Position numbers and translations under genes: made by a program
The notes under the pieces: model-generated
What the model saw: the letters and a program-made list of their open reading frames with translations, nothing else
The model's database searches: none
Told to the model about the DNA's origin: nothing
Part shown: positions 51,409 to 60,170 of the stretch, in pieces
How positions within the stretch are numbered: the stretch's first letter is position 1
Layout: every line of letters begins with the position of its first letter
DNA from: an uncultured Chloroflexia bacterium
GTDB lineage: Bacteria; Chloroflexota; Limnocylindria; Limnocylindrales; CSP1-4
Assembly (NCBI GenBank): GCA_963768655.1
Contig: CAVYIM010000005.1
Coordinates: 1 to 64,000 of the forward strand
Direction: 5' to 3'
Length of the DNA stretch: 64,000 nucleotides

Positions 51409-52695
51409 TCAAGGTTTGAACAGCTCGGCGGACGAGAGAATGCTTACCTGGTCCGAGGTGCCTCCCGCGATCAAGACTGTGCCGTTGGCCAGCAGTGTTG
51501 CCGTGTGATCAGCTCGCGGCTGTGGCATGGAGACTGTGTCCTGGTAGCCAGAGGCTGGGTCGTACAGGCCTGCCGCATCGGTAGTGTCTTGGGAAACAGC
51601 GGTTACGGCATAGCCCCCTGCAAAGAACACACGCCCATCCGAGAGGAGCGTTGGCGTAGTCAACCAGTCGCCAGGAGCGGCGATCGATCCCGACTGCCTG
51701 AGCGAGCCAGTCACTAGATCGTAGGTCACAAGGTTGTCGTTTATACACAGCAGAACGTGGCCATCCCTGAGCGGAATGAGCGTGTATGGAGTGGGTGGAT
51801 AGACACCGGCGTCGGGATCGAGCGAGATAGAACTCGACTTGCCAGTGGCTGGATCGAACAGTTCAGCGGCCGGGCCATCAGCAACGGTGGGGCCAACTAT
51901 CAGGACCTTCCCGTCGGGCAGCACGGCCGCCGAGGTGGCGGCTCCGATACCCACGCCACTGACGTTGGGGAATACGTCCACATAGTCGTTCTGTAGCGAA
52001 CCGTCGCGCGTGAACTTGCCAGTAGTCGGGTCATACAGCTCAACCAGTTTCGACCCGCCCAGCAGTATCAGGACCTGCCCATCGGGCAGGAGCAGGGAAT
52101 TGGCACCGGAGCGAGCGACGGCCATCAAACCGGTGCGAGTGAACTCGCCAGTCGTGGAGTCATACAGCTCGGCAGACGCGAGAGGGCCTTCGCCGTCGGC
52201 TGTGTCGAGCGCACAGCTCCTGGTGACGCAGCCATAGCCGCCGGCCATCAGGACCCGCCCGTCGGGCAGGAGGATGGCAGCGGCGTCGGAGCGACCAGTC
52301 GCCATGGAGCCTGTGGGCGTGAACTTGCCAGTGGTCGGGTCGTACAGCTCGGCCGATGCGAGGACTGGTGCGTGCAGGAAGGGAACAGAAGGCATCGCCC
52401 GGGCTCCTCCGGCGATGAGGACCTCGCCGTCCCGCAGCAGTGTGGCGGTGGCGTAGATCCGGGGGGCGCTCATGCTGCCGGTGACGACGAACGTCGGGGC
52501 TGGCGTGGGCGACGGTGTCGGCGTGGGCGTGGGACTCGGCGACAATGTGGCGCTCGGGCGGGCAGTCGGGCTGGGGCTCGGCCAGGGCGAGGCCGGGCTT
52601 CCCCCGCATCCGGCGATGGCCAGCACGAGGACCAATGCGGCGCATGCCCGGCCCGTCGAGCCGCGGACCCTATCAATCCCCGGACTGGCTCTCAC
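51409..52695 (-). CDS. Kelch-repeat lipoprotein K8 (paralogue of K3-K5)
   Basis: GTG start with AGAGGGAG RBS, lipobox IAGC, Kelch repeats, ends SAELFKP. Confidence 0.9.
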   Translation of the reverse strand: MRASPGIDRVRGSTGRACAALVLVLAIAGCGGSPASPWPSPSPTARPSATLSPSPTPTPTPSPTPAPTFVVTGSMSAPRIYATATLLRDGEVLIAGGARAMPSVPFLHAPVLASAELYDPTTGKFTPTGSMATGRSDAAAILLPDGRVLMAGGYGCVTRSCALDTADGEGPLASAELYDSTTGEFTRTGLMAVARSGANSLLLPDGQVLILLGGSKLVELYDPTTGKFTRDGSLQNDYVDVFPNVSGVGIGAATSAAVLPDGKVLIVGPTVADGPAAELFDPATGKSSSISLDPDAGVYPPTPYTLIPLRDGHVLLCINDNLVTYDLVTGSLRQSGSIAAPGDWLTTPTLLSDGRVFFAGGYAVTAVSQDTTDAAGLYDPASGYQDTVSMPQPRADHTATLLANGTVLIAGGTSDQVSILSSAELFKP

Positions 52696-52732
52696 GCTCT
52701 GCCTCCCTCTGTCATCGAAACCACTGCAGGAT

Positions 52733-52756
52733 GACGCATCGGGGAAGCGTGCGTGA
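52733..52756 (-). promoter_or_regulatory. Conserved ECF-type promoter TCAC-N16-CGTC (K8)
   Basis: Motif conserved across the array. Confidence 0.65.
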
Positions 52757-52790
52757 TGCCACAGGGCGTCGGTCGAAAGTGAAACCAGAA

Positions 52791-52821
52791 GTGGTGGAGG
52801 AGACCGGGCAGTATGCGAACC
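52791..52821. repeat. att-like repeat A5
   Basis: GTGGTGGAGGAGACCGGGCAGTATGCGAACC. Confidence 0.85.
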
Positions 52822-53002
52822 AGCCTGGGGGCTCAATCCGGCGAACGCAGGCCGTTGTGCGAGCGCCATCTGACAACCGTCTTCGTTCCGACTGCTGCAT
52901 CTGATCTACGTCGACTACATCGCCGGTAGGTTCCGAGCGCAGTGGCGTGTGGCGAACGGCTGGTCAATTCGCCGACTGTTCGCCAACGCAGAAGCCGGTA
53001 GC

Positions 53003-54229
53003 CTACGGCCGGTAGAGCTCGCAGACGGCACTGTCGATTGCTCCGCCGGCCACGAGTACGTCGCCATCTGAAAGCAAGGTTGCTGTGAAGAACGACCGGG
53101 GCCAGTGCATAGATCCGGTGGCGGAGAACGTGCCAGTGGTCGGATCGAACAGCTCAGCGCTTGCTACGCCGTCTTCCTGGTTGTCGGCATTGTTGCCTCC
53201 AGCCACCAGCACCTTCCCGTCCGGAAGCAGGACGGCCACGTCGTCGGATCGGGCCGTTCCCATCGATCCAGTCGGTACGAATCGGTTGGTGCTGGGGTCG
53301 AAGAGCTCGGCGGACGAGTAATACTGGCCACTCAGGTAACTGAAGCCGCCGGCGATCAGCACGCGGCCGTCCGGAAGGAGCGTTGCTGTGTCTTCCTCGC
53401 GTTCGACACTCATGTTGCCTGCGGGACTGAACGTGCCGGTTCGAGGGTCGTAGATCTCCGCCGTGGCATAAGTAGTGGCCGTCCCGGATTGCGGATCTCC
53501 GCACGATCCTCCACCGGCGACAAGAACTCGGCCGTCGCTGAGTGCAGTGGCGGTGGCCCCCGCGCGCGCAGCCCTCATCGAGCCTGTCATCGTGAACTTG
53601 CCAGACGTAGGGTCGTACAGCTCTGCAGACGCCACGCAATCCTCTGAGCGAGAGCGGACATCCGCGCCACCAGCTACGAGGACGCGTCCGTCCTGCAGCA
53701 GGGCCACCGCCGGACCAGAGCGGTCCACCAGCGGTCTAGCCGGGATGAACTTGCCCGTGGCCGGATCGTAGAGCTCGGCGCCAGTGTCCTTGGCGTCGAC
53801 GTTGTCCGCAGCGCCCACGACTAGGACTCGGCCATCGAGCAGGGTTACTGCCGAGGGCTCCGTGCGGTCGTGCGAAAGTGAGCCGGTCGTGGTGAACGTC
53901 CCGGTCGAGGGGTCGTAGATCTCGGCGACCACGCCGCTCGCCACGAGAAGTACCCGCCCGTCACGGAGCATCGCCGCTGCGTGCTGCGCGCGGAGATCAC
54001 GCATCGAGCCGGTGAGCGTGAAGGTTCCGCGGGCAGGAGTCGGCGAGAACGTGGGCGTCGAGGGCGAAGTAGGTTCGGCGCTCATCCTAGACGTAGGGCT
54101 GGACGCAGGGCTCGTCGTCGGGCTCGGGATCGACGAGGGCAAGGCCGGGCTGCCTCCGCAACCGGCGACCGCCAGGACGAGGACTGCGGCGCGAAGGGGC
54201 CGCCCTGGCGAGCCAAGACCCACTCTCAC
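53003..54229 (-). CDS. Kelch-repeat lipoprotein K9
   Basis: Lipobox VAGC and Kelch repeats; first gene downstream of the tRNA. Confidence 0.9.
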   Translation of the reverse strand: MRVGLGSPGRPLRAAVLVLAVAGCGGSPALPSSIPSPTTSPASSPTSRMSAEPTSPSTPTFSPTPARGTFTLTGSMRDLRAQHAAAMLRDGRVLLVASGVVAEIYDPSTGTFTTTGSLSHDRTEPSAVTLLDGRVLVVGAADNVDAKDTGAELYDPATGKFIPARPLVDRSGPAVALLQDGRVLVAGGADVRSRSEDCVASAELYDPTSGKFTMTGSMRAARAGATATALSDGRVLVAGGGSCGDPQSGTATTYATAEIYDPRTGTFSPAGNMSVEREEDTATLLPDGRVLIAGGFSYLSGQYYSSAELFDPSTNRFVPTGSMGTARSDDVAVLLPDGKVLVAGGNNADNQEDGVASAELFDPTTGTFSATGSMHWPRSFFTATLLSDGDVLVAGGAIDSAVCELYRP

Positions 54230-54266
54230 CCTCTGTCTCCCACTGCCTTCGGACTGAATGCAGGAT

Positions 54267-54290
54267 GACGCATCCAGGAAGGGCACGTGA
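54267..54290 (-). promoter_or_regulatory. Conserved ECF-type promoter TCAC-N16-CGTC (K9)
   Basis: Motif conserved across the array. Confidence 0.65.
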
Positions 54291-54331
54291 CGTCACTGGG
54301 TAGTGTCGACCGACGGGCCGAGGAGACGGTG

Positions 54332-54416
54332 TGGGCGAGGTCGGGGTCGAACCGACACGCCGCTTACGCGGCACCAGCTCCTAAGGCTGGCGCGTCTGCC
54401 ATTCCGCCACTCGCCC
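54332..54416 (-). tRNA. tRNA-Leu(TAG), CCA not encoded
   Basis: GGGCGAG/CTCGCCC acceptor stem, GCGGAATGGCAGACGC D arm, CCAGC-CTTAGGA-GCTGG anticodon arm, long variable arm GCCGC-GTAA-GCGGC, GTCGG-TTCGACC-CCGAC T arm. Confidence 0.97.
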
Positions 54417-54485
54417 GTGGCCCAAGAGTCTAGCGGGCGCGGCAATGCCGCAATGCGCGACCGCCGCCCGCGGCGCGGAGCCGGC

Positions 54486-55118
54486 TCAGAGGTGGCGGAG
54501 CCGGTTGCGGCGCATGCCGGGTCGCCGCGACCCGGGAGCCGGTGAGGCCTTTCCGGGCCCGGCGGCTGTCTCGGCCAAATGCTCGGCCGTGTGCTTCTCG
54601 CGTCGAGCCCGAATCCGCTCCGTGGCGGCCGCGAAGCTGCTCGCGTCTGGGCTGAACAGCTCATTGGCCAGCCGCTTACCCGCCTCGGCGGTCACCGGCC
54701 GGAGGATGTTGCCGCCCAGCTCGGAGATCGTGCCTCTCAGGTCGCGCGCCTCGCGCTCGGGGCGGCTCTTCTCGAGGTAGGCGCCAAACTCGCGCTCGAG
54801 CAGACCGCGGACCTGCTCGCCGTCCTCGCCCAGCGAGCGCAGCGCCTTGTCGATCTGCTTTGGCAGCATCGACTTGGGCAGATCCGCCCTCGGGCCGAGA
54901 ATCGCCCGCCGAACGGCGCGATAGGTCCGCTTCGGCCCACCCAGGACGATGAAGGCCGTGCCGGCGGCGAGCGCGGCTGTCTTGCCAGGCGAGCGCCGGA
55001 TCTTGGCCGGGAAGTCGACCGCCGCGCGGCCGGCCGCCTCGAGCCCTGTGACCTCCTCGCGCAGGAGTTCGCGGCGGGCTACGACTTCCGCCCGAGCGGC
55101 ATCTGTTCGCGCACCCAC
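54486..55118 (-). CDS. Hypothetical protein (DUF3618-like), partner of the holin-like gene
   Basis: GTG start with GGAG RBS, overlapping the upstream gene; helical N-terminus and a short hydrophobic segment. Confidence 0.65.
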   Translation of the reverse strand: MGARTDAARAEVVARRELLREEVTGLEAAGRAAVDFPAKIRRSPGKTAALAAGTAFIVLGGPKRTYRAVRRAILGPRADLPKSMLPKQIDKALRSLGEDGEQVRGLLEREFGAYLEKSRPEREARDLRGTISELGGNILRPVTAEAGKRLANELFSPDASSFAAATERIRARREKHTAEHLAETAAGPGKASPAPGSRRPGMRRNRLRHL

Positions 55119-56008
55119 TCGATGGTCTCCTTGGTGGTCTCGATGGACTGATTGGGCAGCAGGCGGTTCTTGAGCTCGCCGAAGTCGGCCTTCCGCAACA
55201 CGAAGATCGCGGCCAGGATCGGGTACAGGACGAGGAAGACGGCCAGGGCGACGGCGATCGAGATCCCCCAGCTCATCGGAACTCCCAGCAACGCGCCGAG
55301 CAGGCCGCCGATGACGGCGCCGACGATGGCGATGCCGACCGCGGCACCGACGCGCTTGAGGATCTCGCTCGCCACGACCAGCCCGACGATCGCGCCCACG
55401 ATCGCGAACAGGACCGCCAGGACGATCACGCCGGCGGCGATCGGTCGGTCGGCGGCCGAAACGGCATGGCCGTCGAACCAGGTCAGCCCGCCGAAGAAGG
55501 TGCCGCCGACCCAGCCCAGGGCGCGGCTGGTCAGCTGCAGCCAGAGAATCACGCCGACGACGACGGCCACGACGAGCGCGACGAAGAACGCGATCCCGAG
55601 GCGAGGCGCAGCATTGGGGATGATCAGCAGGACGAGTGTGACGGCAATCGCGATCAGCAGCGTGGACCCGTGCAATGCGCCCCAGCCGATCGAGCCGAAG
55701 ACCCACTCGTCGAGCCACAGGATCGACCCGACGAACGCCACCATGCCGGCCAGGAAGAGGCACGCCAGGGCGGCGCCGCCGAGGGCGACCACACGCTTGA
55801 TCTCGCCCATGATCTCGGACAGTTCGGCCGAGAGGAGCTTGACATGGGCCGAGATCAGGCCGAGCAGGGCCTTGCGCGTTCGACTGAACTGCTCGCCAAC
55901 GCTCCGCGGCGACGGGCCGGCGCTCTTGCCAGGTCCCGCGCTCTTGCCGGAGTCCGCGCTCTTGCCGGTTGACGGTGACTGATCGGATGAGGAGGACTGG
56001 TCGGCCAA
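55079..56008 (-). CDS. Phage holin family (Holin-X/YhjD-like) multi-TM membrane protein
   Basis: LISAHVKLLSAEL N-terminal helix, several TMs, PNQSIETTKE C-terminal motif. Confidence 0.65.
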   Translation of the reverse strand: MADQSSSSDQSPSTGKSADSGKSAGPGKSAGPSPRSVGEQFSRTRKALLGLISAHVKLLSAELSEIMGEIKRVVALGGAALACLFLAGMVAFVGSILWLDEWVFGSIGWGALHGSTLLIAIAVTLVLLIIPNAAPRLGIAFFVALVVAVVVGVILWLQLTSRALGWVGGTFFGGLTWFDGHAVSAADRPIAAGVIVLAVLFAIVGAIVGLVVASEILKRVGAAVGIAIVGAVIGGLLGALLGVPMSWGISIAVALAVFLVLYPILAAIFVLRKADFGELKNRLLPNQSIETTKETIEWVREQMPLGRKS

Positions 56009-56198
56009 GGGACCTCCCAGGGATAGGGGTCAGACAGCACAGCGATCATAGCAGCGGGATGGCCGGCTTCGGCAAGTCCAGTGTGTAGAATGCGCCGGCG
56101 GAAGGCCGGGCGGGCGAGCCGGCGGACGCGAGAGCGGCGGGGAAGCCGCGATAGGCTCGCGCGAGACGGACGAGCGACGAACCGACTACGCTCCCACC

Positions 56199-57452
56199 AT
56201 GCCCGAACCGAAGCCATCCAAGCCCGAACCGAAGCCATCCAAGCCCGAAGCCGCGCCGGCGGGCCGCCCGCTACGGACTGCCGTGCTCCTGGCAGTGGGC
56301 AGCGAGCTGACCGCCGGCGAGACGCGCGACACCAACAGCGGCGACCTGGCGCGGTCGCTGGCCGACCATGGAGTCGAGGCCGAATGGATCGTGGCGCTGC
56401 CCGATCGCCTGGCCACCGTCGTCGAAGCGCTGCGGAACGCGCTGGCTGTGGCCGACTTCGCCGTCACGACCGGCGGCCTCGGACCCACGCCCGACGATCT
56501 GACCCGTGAAGCGATCGCCGCCGTCGTCGGGGAGCGGCCCGCGGTCGACCCCGAGCTGGAGCGCTGGCTGCGCCACCTTTTCGAGCGGCGCGGCATCGCC
56601 TACCACGGAGGCAACTCCAAGCAGGCGTGGCTCATCCCCTCGGCGACGGCGATCCCCAACGAGCGCGGCACCGCGCCGGGGTGGTGGGTCGATCGGCCGG
56701 ACGGGCGCGTCATCGTGGCGCTGCCGGGGCCCCCGGCCGAGATGCGACCGATGTGGGAGGGCTGGGTGCTCCCCCATCTCACCGCCCGCGGACTGGGACA
56801 GGAGCGCGTCACGCGGACGTACCGCCTGACCGGCATCGGCGAATTGGCGGTGGCCGCGCTGCTGGGAGAGCGGCTGCTCCGGGCCGAGAACCCGGTCGTG
56901 GCCACGTACGCGCGCTCGGACGCGGTGGACGTGCGCATCTCCGCCCGAGCCGATGGCGGCCGCTCGCCGGGGCAGCTCGTAGAGGAGGCCGAGACCGAGG
57001 TCCTGGCCGCCGTCGGCACGTACGTGTGGGGCCGCGAGGGCGACACGTGGCCCGGCGTGCTGGGCGGCGAGCTGTCGGCGCGCGGCTGGACTGCCGCGCT
57101 CGTCGAGGCGGGCACGGGCGGCGCCACGATGCGTCTCCTCGGCGACGCCCCGTGGCTGGTCTCGTCGCGCCTCCTCGCGCCGGCGGAGGCGGACGCCCCG
57201 ATCGCCGCGCTGGCCAATCAGGCTCGCGAGGCTGCCGCGGCGACCGTCGGTCTGGCGGTTCGCGCGGTCGAAGCAGGCGAGGATACGCAGGTGGAGATCG
57301 CCTTCGCCGGTCCCTGGGGCGCCCGTGAGACGCGCCAGACAGCGTTTCTGGGCGGCGGCGAAGGCCGGCGACGAGCCGGCGTCGCGGCCGCCGCGTTCCT
57401 CCATGCGGCGCTCCGGGAAGCGCCGCCCGCCCGCCAGGGTCAGAACGGCTGA
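56199..57452 (+). CDS. cinA: CinA-like competence/damage-inducible protein (MoCF-binding domain; degenerate C-terminal PncC domain)
   Basis: AVGSEL...RDTNS, TTGGLGPTPDDLTREA, GTAPG, LPGPPAEM. Confidence 0.88.
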   Translation: MPEPKPSKPEPKPSKPEAAPAGRPLRTAVLLAVGSELTAGETRDTNSGDLARSLADHGVEAEWIVALPDRLATVVEALRNALAVADFAVTTGGLGPTPDDLTREAIAAVVGERPAVDPELERWLRHLFERRGIAYHGGNSKQAWLIPSATAIPNERGTAPGWWVDRPDGRVIVALPGPPAEMRPMWEGWVLPHLTARGLGQERVTRTYRLTGIGELAVAALLGERLLRAENPVVATYARSDAVDVRISARADGGRSPGQLVEEAETEVLAAVGTYVWGREGDTWPGVLGGELSARGWTAALVEAGTGGATMRLLGDAPWLVSSRLLAPAEADAPIAALANQAREAAAATVGLAVRAVEAGEDTQVEIAFAGPWGARETRQTAFLGGGEGRRRAGVAAAAFLHAALREAPPARQGQNG

Positions 57453-57524
57453 TCGCGCGCAGGAACGCCCCTTCTGGCGGACAATACGTGGCGGTTGACG
57501 TGGGGCGCGAAGCTGGAGCGGAGC

Positions 57525-58007
57525 ATGACCACCAAGGAGAGGATCGAGGCGGCCGACCTCGCCCGACTGCCGCTGTTCGAGGGCTTGGAGCAGGCTGACC
57601 TTGCCTCTCTCGCCGCGGCGTCGTGCCGGCGTCAGCTGAACGACGGCGAAACCCTTGTCGAGATGGGCGACTCGATCTCCGAGGTCCACTGGCTCGAGAG
57701 CGGCCAGCTCGCCTTGCGCGTCCGCCACGACGGGCGCTGGGTCCTGGTTTCGACCCTGCACGAGGGCGACCTGCTCGGCTGGTCTGCCCTGCGCGAGGAC
57801 CCGACGGCCCTGTCCACCGCCAGGGCGATCGGACCGGCGGTGATGCTCTCTATGCCGGCCTCCGGCCTGCTTGGCCTGCTCGTCGGCAGCTCGTCCCAGT
57901 CGGAGCTGCTGCTGCGCCGGCTGTTCGGGATCGCGACCCAGCATCTGGACGAGAGCCGCGCCCAGCTGCTCCAGCTCGGACGCGAAGGGGTCATCTCGGC
58001 GGGCTGA
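57525..58007 (+). CDS. Cyclic nucleotide-binding domain protein
   Basis: LPLFEGL, GDLLGWSAL, STARA; no HTH. Confidence 0.8.
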   Translation: MTTKERIEAADLARLPLFEGLEQADLASLAAASCRRQLNDGETLVEMGDSISEVHWLESGQLALRVRHDGRWVLVSTLHEGDLLGWSALREDPTALSTARAIGPAVMLSMPASGLLGLLVGSSSQSELLLRRLFGIATQHLDESRAQLLQLGREGVISAG

Positions 58008-58129
58008 CGGGAGGCTGCTGCCGCGGGGCCGCGGGCTGACGGCGGGGAGCTCGCGGGGCCGCGGGCCTACGAGCCGCCGAGCAGGAGCGGGCCGACGGAT
58101 GGGCCGGCGGGCGCCATCCCGGGCGCACC

Positions 58130-58825
58130 CTAGCGGCGCGAAGCGCGGAGCAGGGCGTCCAGATCCGGGATCACGATCGTCTCGCGATCCATGCGCAGCA
58201 ACCCGTCGTCGACGAACTCGCCCAGCAGCTTGTTCACGCTCTGGCGCGTGGCCCCGATCATCGACGCCACGTCGCTCTGTGTCAGCGGGGCGTCGAGCCG
58301 GATCGAGCCGTCGGCGTCGCGAGTGCCGTGCTCCTCCGCAAGGCGTGCCAGCCGCGCCGCTAGTCGGCCGGTCAGATCGAGGAAGTGGAGCTCGGCCACG
58401 TGGGCCGTGAGACGCCGCAGCTCGGCCGCCAGCGCAGTCAGGAGCGCGTCCCGAATTGCCGGCTCGGCCGCCACCAGGGCATGGAACCGGTCGCGCGGCA
58501 GGGCCAGCGTCTCGGTCGGCTCGAGCGCAATCGCGCTGGCCGAACGCGGCGCGCCGTCGAGGAGCGCCAGCTCGCCCAGGAAGTCACCGCGGCGGAGGGT
58601 TGCCAGGATCGCCTCGTCGCCATCCTCCGAGGGCACCACCACCTTTACCGCACCCGAGGCCACGATGAACAGCGAGTCGCCGGGGTCACCCTCGTGGAAC
58701 AGCACCTCTCCCCTGCGAAAGCGCCGTGTCCGCAGGGTCTGCGCGAGGGCCCCGAGCGGCTCCGGGCCGAGCCCGCAGAAGAGGGCACAGCGGCCCAGTG
58801 CCTCGACGGCGAAATCGGTCGACAT
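58130..58825 (-). CDS. Crp/Fnr family transcriptional regulator
   Basis: LFHEGDPG, GELALLDGAPRSASA, LTQSDVASMIGATRQSVNK HTH. Confidence 0.93.
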   Translation of the reverse strand: MSTDFAVEALGRCALFCGLGPEPLGALAQTLRTRRFRRGEVLFHEGDPGDSLFIVASGAVKVVVPSEDGDEAILATLRRGDFLGELALLDGAPRSASAIALEPTETLALPRDRFHALVAAEPAIRDALLTALAAELRRLTAHVAELHFLDLTGRLAARLARLAEEHGTRDADGSIRLDAPLTQSDVASMIGATRQSVNKLLGEFVDDGLLRMDRETIVIPDLDALLRASRR

Positions 58826-58926
58826 GACCGAATGGTAGCGTCGAAGCGGGGCCGCGGCGGCACGTTTCGAGGGGCCGCCACGCAGGGCGCGAGACGCCGA
58901 TGGTGAGCGCCGCATACGATTGACCG

Positions 58927-60159
58927 ATGCAACGTCTCTCAGCGGAACGTGTCGTCGGAATCGGGCTCGCCGCCGGGGCAGTCGCGCTCGTGGTGGTGCT
59001 GGCGCTCGGTTTCGGATCGGACATGCTCGCCGGCCCGTCCTCCAGTCCGGCGGCCGGCTCCATCACGCAGGCCTCCGCGACCGCCACGGAGGCCACCTCG
59101 ACCGCGACGCAAGGTGCCTCGCCAATCCCCACCGCAACGCCGGCCACTTCGGCGGCACCGTCGGCGACGCCGGCTGCCTCTCCCGCCCCGAGCTCGTCAC
59201 CCGCTTCGCCCGCGCTGCCGGCGATGCTGGCGACGATCGGCGATTCGTACACCCAGGCCTGGAGCGTTTCGCCGGCCTACAGGAAGGATCACCCCGGCTA
59301 CTCGTGGGCAGTCGGCGACGTCAAGGGCGACGGCGTCTTCAGCCTGCGGGAGCGGTTCGAGGCCCTCGGCGACAACGTGGCTGTCGTCGACGCGGCGACC
59401 TCGGGCAAGAAGATGAGCGACGCCGCGCGCCAGGCCACGGAGATCGTGACCGCGGCCGCGTCCCTCGTCCCTGGCGCGACCGTCCTCGTCACGTTCGAGC
59501 TCGGCACGAACGATCTGTGCGACACCCCGACGACCGACCCGGCGACGTTCGAGACCCAGCTCCGCGCCGCGGTCGCCATCCTCCGCACCGGGCTGCCGAG
59601 CGGGAGCGAGATCCTGATGCTCTCGGTTCCGGACTTCTCGCATTTCTACGCCATCACACGGGCGAACGCCGAGGCCAGGACGATCCTCAACGAGGCATCC
59701 CACGCGGGGACCTGCGCGCCCTTCCTAGGTTGGGATAGCCCGCTCACGATCCCGGCGGCCCGCCAGTTGCTGGCCACATACAACGCGACCCTTGACCAGG
59801 TCTGCGACGAGATCGAAGCGACCGACGGTCAAGCCGGCAGGCTCCACTGCCGCAGCAACGAAGCGCTCCTGTCCGAGAAGGACTTCGGGATCAAGGACCT
59901 GAGCACGGTCGACTACTTCCATCCATCGCTCTCGGGACAGGCCAAGATGGCGGCGTCGGCCTGGGCGGCCGGCTACTGGGCCAACGTACAACTGCCTCCG
60001 GGAGCCGCCGCGCTGGCGCTCGGCGATGCGGGCGGGCCCGGCGGCGGAGACTTCGGCGGAGACTTCGGCGGAGTTGCGCCAGCGGGCATCGCTCCGATCG
60101 TGCCGTTCCTGGTGGCAAGGCGGCGGCGCCGCCGGCCGACCGGACACGGTGCGGGCTGA
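58927..60159 (+). CDS. Secreted/anchored SGNH/GDSL hydrolase
   Basis: N-terminal TM, S/T/P linker, IGDSY, LGTND, DYFHPS motifs. Confidence 0.88.
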   Translation: MQRLSAERVVGIGLAAGAVALVVVLALGFGSDMLAGPSSSPAAGSITQASATATEATSTATQGASPIPTATPATSAAPSATPAASPAPSSSPASPALPAMLATIGDSYTQAWSVSPAYRKDHPGYSWAVGDVKGDGVFSLRERFEALGDNVAVVDAATSGKKMSDAARQATEIVTAAASLVPGATVLVTFELGTNDLCDTPTTDPATFETQLRAAVAILRTGLPSGSEILMLSVPDFSHFYAITRANAEARTILNEASHAGTCAPFLGWDSPLTIPAARQLLATYNATLDQVCDEIEATDGQAGRLHCRSNEALLSEKDFGIKDLSTVDYFHPSLSGQAKMAASAWAAGYWANVQLPPGAAALALGDAGGPGGGDFGGDFGGVAPAGIAPIVPFLVARRRRRRPTGHGAG

Positions 60160-60170
60160 CGGCCGCGGAT

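Larger units (their letters stand above)
39792..54372 (-). mobile_element. tRNA-Leu-anchored cassette array (genomic islet) of nine Kelch lipoprotein genes
   Basis: Bounded by tRNA-Leu and an att-like repeat; contains tRNA 3'-half copies; no integrase gene in the window. Confidence 0.7.

Noticed and set aside
52696-52869. N-terminal extensions of Kelch ORFs in the ORF track (K1, K2, K8, K9)
   Set aside because: They run through the conserved promoter (and, for K8, an att site); downstream GTG starts with an RBS give proper signal peptides
39792-54372. CRISPR array interpretation of the 31-41 bp repeats
   Set aside because: The spacers are kilobase-sized genes, one repeat class is tRNA-derived, and there are no cas genes
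39792-54372. Classical integron
   Set aside because: No intI gene, no recognisable RYYYAAC...GTTRRRY attC hairpins, and the cassettes have their own promoters
55910-56250. Short in-frame repeats in the holin-like and cinA N-termini (also 21540-21580 and 58010-58070)
   Set aside because: Low-complexity slippage repeats with no sign of function
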